A stretch of DNA of 61,357 bases, filler included, from Sluysia triapertura (lineage: Eukaryota): the NCBI GenBank assembly GCA_046118255.1. It is 5 parts of 5 records of this genome, joined end to end, with 100 filler letters (N's around TTAATTAATTAA, not from the genome) between each part and the next. Parts side by side here need not be neighbours in the genome. Positions count along the whole stretch, not along the records: positions 50,071 to 61,357 come from JBJNIA010186325.1; 4 more parts are not named here. The stretch is one strand, 5' to 3'. Below, in pieces: positions 53,095 through 61,357 of this stretch (the first letter of the stretch is position 1; each line of letters opens with the position of its first letter). The position numbers and the translations under genes are program-made. The notes below the pieces were generated by a model. It ran no database searches. It saw only the letters and a list, made by a program, of their open reading frames with translations, and had not been told where the DNA came from.

Positions 53095-54665
53095 GCTACA
53101 TTTTTCACATATATTATTTGTTTTGTGCCAAAGTCGTACTTGACAAAATTTGCGTTTGTGATAATGGGTTGCAGTTGATCTTTGTGGGTCTTCATGTTCT
53201 GATAAATTTTTCTGTCTTGAAACTCTAAATTCGTTGGAAAGCTGTTCTGCTAATTGAAATAAGAACTATTCGTTCTATTTGTATTCCTGTCTTTTCTTTG
53301 CAAATGATCCAAGCATTTATGGCAGCCAAATCTAAAATATTGAAAAATATTTGGAGGAGTTATCCACGAGAACTGTATATTTCCTAGCCATTTGATCCTC
53401 CATATCAACTCCAAATTTTATACTGTTATAAAATTGAATTGATTCCGGTAACATTTTTATTACTTTTATCAATTTTAACAAATTTATGCTTAGAACTTAG
53501 AACAGCTACTTTTTTATTTGGTTTGCTTTTATATATTGTAAGAACACAATTCTCTGATTTACAGAGCAAAGTGGAAAAACGAAGCATGCTATTCTTCGTT
53601 AGTTTGGCTGCTTTGGGTAGTTCTCTTTTGTTTCCTCTAATAGCTCCAACTAGAGTTGATATTTTGCCAATAATTTTGTCGCGAGTGACACGCTAGTTTG
53701 TTTATGGCTCGACAAGTTTCAGAACAACGTGTTCACTGAGAAGCATTAACGATGATTGTTGTTCATCTTTCCCTAAATAAGGAAAACCATTCAAAATATA
53801 TTTGCTACTAACATCTGTCGCAAACCTAAGTTTGATGCCAAATTTGTTGGGTTTATTAAGCATATATTGTGTAAACCTGCATCTGGCTTTTGAAGGAAAT
53901 AATTGCTTGTCAAATGTTATATTTTGCCCTGGTTGATAGCAAGCTTGACAATTTTCAATAAAACTGTCCCATATTTCCGAAACCAAGGCAAATTTATTTG
54001 TTTGTAGGAGTCCACTTCTTTCGGCTCTTTTGTCAAAACGAATAAATCGTTTGATTTTCTTGAACCTTTTCCTGGTCGTAGTTTCTCTAAAAATTTTGGG
54101 ATTCCACTTTGCTGACCATAAATAACTCAGTTTTAAATTTTTTGCGTCGCAGGCTCCACAAGCATATAAAATCCCAATAAATGTATTTATTTCCGGTAAT
54201 GTTGTTGTCCAATCGTTCCTCAAAATTCTACTTCTGTTTGATAATATAGTTATCTATTATCAACGAGAATGCACTGATAAGGTTATCTACTAAAATGTTC
54301 CTTTTAGTGTAACCTGTTGGGCCTTTCACACCCTTGAATACAAGTGGATGGTAACCTTCATCAATTTTTGTCCACACTGTACCATCAGCAGCTGTTTCGA
54401 CCTTCTGAAACGTATTTTCAGTTTCTTCAGCAGAATCTGAACTACTTAGCACCATACACTTTTTCTTGGGTATATTGATGACACTTTCATTTTCATCATT
54501 GGTGATCGACTCTTCATCGCTATCTTCAGCGTCAGATGTTTCACTTTGAATATAATCCGCTTCATCTTCAGATGATAGTTCAGAATTTGTTGCATTTGAT
54601 TCTATATCGGAGCACTCTTCACTTATGTTCGTTAGCTTTTCCAATAACTCATTTATGTTCGACAT
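53095..54665 (-). pseudogene. piggyBac transposase pseudogene (frameshifted, 3 segments)
   Basis: Acidic N-terminus; RFIRFD, NITFDKQLFPSKARC, YMLNKPNKFGIK, TLVGAIRGNKRELP, YNSIKFGVDMEDQ and a C-terminal Cys-rich remnant. TIRs not confidently seen (TTAA at 54882 is a candidate end). Confidence 0.92.
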
Positions 54666-54889
54666 TTTTTTCTTGAAGAAATAAAATAAGCAACTTGTTA
54701 GAACAACACTTTATAAAGACTCGAATAACAAGTACTACTTTAGCTTATTGAGCAACTGCAACTTATCAAGTATACGCCCAAATCGACAATTTATCATGCA
54801 TCGGTATGTTACGGTAATCGGTAAGCTGAGAATCACTGGCTTACAGACCTATATCAAATAAAACACTCTTATCAAAATTGGTTAAAAAA

Positions 54890-55769
54890 TAAATTTTACA
54901 ACAATTGTCAAAGTTCTTGGATGAAAATAAACTTCTTACAATGTATCAATCAACCTACAGAGCCTATCGCTCTACAGAAACGGCTATTTTAAGAATAAAT
55001 TATGATATTTTAAATTGTTTTATCCCTCGTTTAATGCAACAAAATGGTTTGAGTGGCACTTAAAAGAAAGAAGGCAATTAAATTTGTGTTAAGCTTGGAG
55101 TTCCTCGGGGATTAAACCGTGGTCCATTATTGTTTATAACATATGATGTTTCAAGTGTAATTGAATCATATTGCTTTAAATATGATACATAAGCTGATGA
55201 CGTGCAAATATATATTGAATTTGAAATGAACAACATAGAAAATACTACTCAAAGAACAGAAGAAGTATCTTAATTGATAAAAATGGTTTGGAAATAAGTA
55301 CTTGAAAGTTAATGAAGAAAAGTGAGAATTTATCATCTTCAGTAATAAAAAAGCGACAATACCAAAATAAATGAAACAAAGTTAATTGTAGGTGGTAAGA
55401 TACTAGATGCGAAACTAAAAGTACGAAATATAGGCTGTTATATGGATTCAAATATGAACATGGAAGAAAATATTAATTGTATTGTTAAATATCAATTAAA
55501 GAAAATCTTAAATATTCGAAAATTTATTAATAAGAAACAGTTAATCTAATTGTTCATTAATTGATTCAAACATAGATTTTAACAATGGCATGTTGTACTA
55601 AATTTCATATAGAAATGTGAAAAAATTACATTTAATAATTAATCAAGTAGCAGGACTAATTTTTCAAGTGGGAAGATCTCATGTAACACCTTATCTTAAG
55701 GAATTACATTGGTTGCCAATAAAAACAAGAATAGAATTCAAAATTATGATAATAATTTACAAATGCTTA
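54890..55769 (+). mobile_element. LINE (L2/Crack/Daphne-like) RT remnant, 5' part
   Basis: QSTYRAYRSTETAIL, GVPRG..GPLLF, (Y>stop)ADDVQIY, HVTPYLKELHWLPIKTRIEFK. Confidence 0.88.
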
Positions 55770-58011
55770 TGCTATAAATTTATTATTATTTTATGGTATG
55801 AAATTTGATTTATTCAATGTTATACCCTCCTTCTCTTTTCAATTTTTTGCGTTTACAATTTCTAATATGTCGTAATGATAAAAACAATTCACTTTTGAAA
55901 AAGTTAATTCAATTAATTAATCGGACTTAATAAATTTATTTGAATTCTATCTGGAGGTATGAATACAAATACTTGTTTCGGTTGAACGAAGTGGAAGTGC
56001 CAAATAAGTATCTCTCGAAATTTTACAAATTTCACTCGAAAAATTTTATTTACTTAGTAATATGATGAAATCTCTACTTCTTGTTTCTTCAATAAACATT
56101 AAATTATCTTAATTTCTTTTTTCTTTTCTTTTATCCGCTTTATTTACCACTCTTATTGCAATCCCCTTTAACTCAAGTTTAACAACAAAAAAAGAAACAA
56201 TCTAATACAAATAATTTATTCGCTTAAATTAAACAAAGTTATAAGATAATATATTAAGAAATTAATTAATATTAATTAAATCGACCAAAAAACTAATATT
56301 TATAATTATAATTACCTTAATGGTTGAGATTAGAAAGTAATATTTCGGTTTCAAAGTTTTATCCAAGTGGTTAGATGCAATTATGCGACTGATAATCTCA
56401 ACTAAATATAGAATGGTAATATTCAGTTCCAAAAATTTTTCTATTGGCTGCTAAAAACTAATTAATAAACAATACTCCAATTATTTGACAAACTAATTAT
56501 CTGGTTGTCAATTTTAACTTTACACAAATGCTTTTCAAGATTCTATTATTATTAAACCTTATTTCATTCCCATATATATGTGTGTAAAGGTATTTAGATT
56601 AGTATTTAGATAAAAATAAATGTATTTTTTAAAAAAATTGAAATTATCATTATATTAAAAATGGAATTATTGTATATTAAAAATCATATATATTAAAAAT
56701 TATTGTAAAATAAAATCATTATTACATATTAAAACAAATAAATATTACTTATGAAATATTTAATTGAAATTATTATTATAAAATTATTATTTATTAAAAA
56801 ATTTTGTTATAACTAATGAATATTGGTGACTGAATATTACTGTAGATACTGTTTGTTTTTAAATACTAAGAGATAAGATTTTATAAATTACACAAAAACA
56901 AAAAGAAAATATTGACAAAAATTATAATTAAGCATCATAATTGGAAAGATTATAATTTATATTTAAAAAGAGCTGCAGTTTATTTATGTATTATAATTTG
57001 GAAAATTTCAGTTTAAACTTGATCGTTAGTTTTGTTACCTTTATAAGGAAAATTATGATTTATAAAAACATAAAATAGACGCAACTTCAAATTAAACAAT
57101 TAGTAATTTTTATATACAACATAAAATTATTTGAAAAAAATTTAAACAGCCAAATATTAATTAATAAAATTAATATTATTAAGCATTTCTTATATAGTAT
57201 CGTGTATATAATATTTTATGATTATTACTACTAAAAATTTAACGTTTGACACTTTATAAATTACAATTTTCATAATTAACAAGTTTTTTTGTGATTAGAG
57301 TTAAATTGAATGTTCTTATAAGAGTTGTAGTTGAATTAATATTTTAAACCTAAAAGTTTGATTTACCTGTATAATATTTTGTGTTATAATATATAATTTT
57401 GTTTAACACCTTATAAACTTACTTGATTTAAAATTTTTAGAAAAGTTTTTTATTTAGAATCTGATTTTTCTAAAGTTTATAATTAACTTAATTTAAGATT
57501 AAATTAATATTTTACATCTAAAAGTTTACATTATTATTTTGTATAAATGTTTTAGTTTTAGTATAATATTTGGTGTTTTTTAATAAATAATCTTAATATT
57601 AAAGTGTGTATTTTCTTTTGATATTGAGTAAGATAAAGTTTGAATAATTGATTTAATACTTTATAATAATCATACTACGTCTATTCCCTAAACTATAACA
57701 AGTTCCTCACCAAGAAAGTTCAGTAACAGCTAGATCTACGAAATAGGTAAAATCAAGAATAAATAAACACAAACTTCCAGTTCTCATCTTTCTTTTAAGC
57801 TGCGAACCTATGCGCTGGACCTTCAGTGACTAAGTCCAGTATCATAGAGAGCTTCGTTAAAGATAAAATATTTAAATTTAAAATCAAAATCTTAATCTAA
57901 TAACTAATTACCAATATATATAGTAATTACTAATAATTACATTTCATAAATAACTTAAAATATTATTACTACTGTTATTTAATTATGGTTACTGAGAAGT
58001 AACTCATTACA
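55770..58011 (+). mobile_element. 2242-bp solo-LTR-like insertion, TG...CA, 4-bp TSD CTTA
   Basis: CTTA|TGCTATA ... CATTACA|CTTA. Removing it rejoins the LINE frame (YKCLRYGNPE), colinear with the copy at 44611-44640. Confidence 0.8.
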
Positions 58012-58295
58012 CTTACGTTACGGAAATCCTGAATCTCTTAGAAATAATAAAAAATTTGGAAACCAAGATGAATACTTCATTGGGACATAATAATCTTTAC
58101 AGAATCCACAGTGATAATAAGCTAGGTGTTAGGTTATATACCGTGTGTATAACAAATATATAACCAGCTGCCAGAGAATGTCAAATTATGAAATATTTAA
58201 GAAAAAGGCAAAATTCTTTCTGTTTCAGAAATATTATAATGAATGATTTATTTTAAGCGCTTTTGAGTACTTACTTTGCAGTAAATATGAACGAA
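58012..58295 (+). mobile_element. LINE remnant, 3' part (continuation of 54890-55769)
   Basis: GAAATAATAAAAAATTTGGAAACCAAGATGAATA shared with 44650; tail shared with 50071. Confidence 0.85.
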
Positions 58296-59226
58296 ATATT
58301 TATTTTTATTTTTACATTTAAGTTTTTATTCTATGTTTCAATTTATTCTTAATTCTTTTATAGTAAGAATTATTTTATCTCTAAATGATGATCTTATTGT
58401 TACTACTACCGCTGATGTTTCACTAGATACCACTGCTAAAACTACGTAGTTGCCGTAAGTTGGATTCATTTAAAATTGTGCAGTTGTTAATTGACAAAGT
58501 TGTTAATCAAGTTGCCGATTTAATCGATTTAATTTAATAGATAATCTTATATTTAAAATATTATAATTGATATTTTAGATTGACGTAAATTTATTTTTGT
58601 ATTTGTGTGTTTCGAAGTTTCGCTGAAATGAATAAAGTTGAGTAGAATTCTGAAATTTTAATTAAACATTTTAACAATATTTCTATTTTTTTTTCTTCAG
58701 TGATAATGATTATTTTCTCTGTACGACTCACAAATATATATTTTTTTGTTATTACAATCATTTAAAATTGAAACTATTTCATTTTTTGTCTGGTTTTCTT
58801 TTTCCAAAAATATATCAATAAAACAAATTTCTATTTTGAATGCAAATTGTCAGTTTCGTTAGTCAATAAATTCCGAACATTTGACACACGATATGTAACT
58901 CTCATTATACTTTAACATTATGATAATATTATTTACATTAATAAATTCCGAAATAAAGTAACATAACGTACAATAAAAATTGATACAATATAATATTATC
59001 AATGAAATTCGTAATTTGTAAATTAATAAAAATTGACCTTATTTAATAAGCTAATATAACATGAAATAATGTAACTTTTTATATTTTAGTATAGTGAGTG
59101 TTGTATATTTGTAAAAAATTAAAAATAAATTATATTTCATAATTTATAATTACTTTAACGATAGATATTTATTTATTAATTTTTTATTTGGCTATAACGA
59201 GAATTATTAATAAAAATTTATTTTAG

Positions 59227-59441
59227 CTTCGTTATAAAATATCTGGAATCACTCTACTATTTCAAATGCGAATTAAAATGATACAATTAAAATATTACAA
59301 GGCGTTTAGAAAATGCAGAAGTTGTTTATTAAAATTATTCAATCGAAATTATGTTTAGTAAAATTATCTAAGACAATTTTAATTTAGAGATTACTTCCTG
59401 ATGAAACTTTACCCTATCTTTGGGGAGAATTGACCCTATAA
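59227..59441 (+). CDS. Possible two terminal exons (59227-59352, 59388-59441) of an unidentified gene
   Basis: ttttag acceptor, 35-nt GT-AG intron, open frame ..FRKCRSCL..|RLLPDETLPYLWGELTL*; no family recognised. Confidence 0.3.
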
Positions 59442-59804
59442 ATGAACAAAGAATAAAATCACATTATAAACGAAATGAAACATTGACTCTATACTAACTA
59501 ATTTGAATTGTCTACTAGTATAATCAGTTCTTAACTACAGTATATACTTTGACTTAGTAACATCGCAAAATATAAATTAATTTCAACATGATTTCCTGAG
59601 TAATCAGAGTTATCTTAAATAAATAATTTGTTTAATAATTTCAATTGTATAAAGTAAACTGTTAAACCATTATTTTCCTGAGTTAATCTCTAAAACATAG
59701 CTAAACATTACATAAATAGATAAACTAATTGTCTTTTCATAATCATCATTGTAAAAAATCAGGTTTCTAGAAATTTCATTGTTATATTATTATGTAGTTT
59801 TGAT

Positions 59805-59875
59805 GATTCTTTAAAGTAACTAAAGCATTGGTTGTTTCATAAAATAGGTTACGGGTTCTATCCCCTGTCGGTCTA
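59805..59875 (+). pseudogene. tRNA-derived remnant (tRNA pseudogene or SINE head)
   Basis: B-box-like GGGTTCTATCCC with an upstream TAAAGCA; the cloverleaf is not intact. Confidence 0.3.
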
Positions 59876-61357
59876 TTTTTCTTTAAATATTACTATTTGT
59901 ATTTTTATAAGTTTTAATAAACAGAGAATAAGTAAACACATAAGTTTATATATATGATGAAGCAATCGGTATTATAAGAACAAAAGGTCTTAATAATACT
60001 AACACAATAAAACTTCGAAAATTCTTAGACTATGATTATTACTCTGATAAGGGATTCATTACACTGGAAGGGTCGATGCGCATCCTTTTGGTAAGCTCTC
60101 GTAATTACATTTTGTTTTATGAGTTACATAATTACGATCCATATGTGGCTTAATATTGACTTAATTAATCATTAGGATAGAACTAACACTTTATCTCTAG
60201 TAATTACACATCATATTGATGATTAGTTGGTAGTAGTCAGTATCCAATAATAATTCATAATAATCCGTGTCTGATTTAGCATTAAATGCGTTATTCTCAA
60301 TGTTTAGGTTCAAGGCTCACTCATATTCTCATTTTAGTTTAGTATTTGATTCATATTACAAATGTACTTATCTGACAATCGATTTATCATACTTTATATT
60401 CACATTAATATTGAATCAACACGGTTTATACACGGCTTGACAATACACTCATCGTGATTTATGTTTAAACTTGATAATAAACTGACCATACTTTGCGTTT
60501 AAGTCTAAATACTTAAATCATTCTTTGTTTTTAGTTTGTTAGATAACTCACCATGCTTTATATTTAGATTAACATTTACTTCTTCATGCTTCATCTGTTC
60601 ATTCGATTCGTCGTATTCGTCGTAATTTTGATCCGTTATGAACCGTAACAAATTTCACATTTGTTTCATTTGATTGGATGTCATGTCATTATTTAAGAAT
60701 TTAAAAAAGCCTAGATTTTATGTTTCAATTAATTTCAATTATTATCGTTATTATTATATTATAATTATTACATTTTATTATTATTATTATTATTATTATC
60801 ATTATTATTGACACAAAATTCTTAGACGCTATTTTTCGTTTAGATTCATTGTATTCTACTTCAAGAGGTATTGGTATACCTTAAAAATGTGGTTACGACT
60901 TATTTGCCATTACAGCATTTTACAATCAACGTGATTTCTGTTGAATTATTTATAAAAAACATATCAGATTTAGTGTATAATATTGAGTTTTTATGGAGTG
61001 TGACCCCGGACACCATTTTATGAGGAATTGTGTTGTGTTTGAAAAATTGTAATGATTTAATGTCGTAAAAGATTTTGAGGGCGTTACTTCGTATGAGGTA
61101 TAAAAATTTTCGTGTAAATTAATTCTCAGAGACTTATGTTTATCCATATCGTCGTTACACTTTAATGACTCAAATACTTTAAATTTAAATTGAGATGAAT
61201 ATAAAACTTTAAAGATTCCTTGTGATGTAATAGTTCGTCTATATATGATTTTAATAATGTAATAATTAAAACTTTCTTGTATTATTATCTCTGGTATATC
61301 AATTACATCTGAAAATAATTTATTTATAGTTTTAATTTCATAAAAGCAGATTGAATT

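Noticed and set aside
53439-53696. 85-aa plus-strand membrane-like ORF
   Set aside because: Antisense shadow of the piggyBac transposase. 48309-48560, 12520-12702 and 7475-7699 are likewise shadows or alternate frames.
60950-61147. KWCPGSH resembling the RNase H WxPGH motif
   Set aside because: No GNExAD or other RNase H motifs.

Overview
Very AT-rich eukaryotic (metazoan) DNA made of five unrelated ~11-13 kb contigs joined by artificial 100-bp linkers (N44-TTAATTAATTAA-N44). Contig 2 holds 10 consecutive in-frame internal exons of HYDIN with a decayed Tc3-like transposon in an intron. Contig 3 holds two USP32-like exons. The rest is mostly decayed repeats: piggyBac, L2/Crack-type LINE pieces and Gypsy-like LTR elements. 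Most notable is an LTR-element family (TG...CA ends, PPT, PBS-like site, one copy splitting a LINE with a 4-bp TSD) that shares a ~50-nt covarying hairpin, usually starting with a 5' splice-donor-like GTGAGT. I found 8 copies by eye: antisense near LTR 3' ends, and sense in front of accessory ORFs (one a RING finger) before the PPT. Some LTRs also carry arrays of a bulged-A ACCGTA stem-loop. Contig 1 has a string of intronless host-gene fragments (RBR/RING, an in-frame EDEM-STT3 chimera, cystathionine gamma-lyase). A divergent two-gene cassette is shared by contigs 1 and 3. All protein assignments are by-eye motif recognition; no searches were run.
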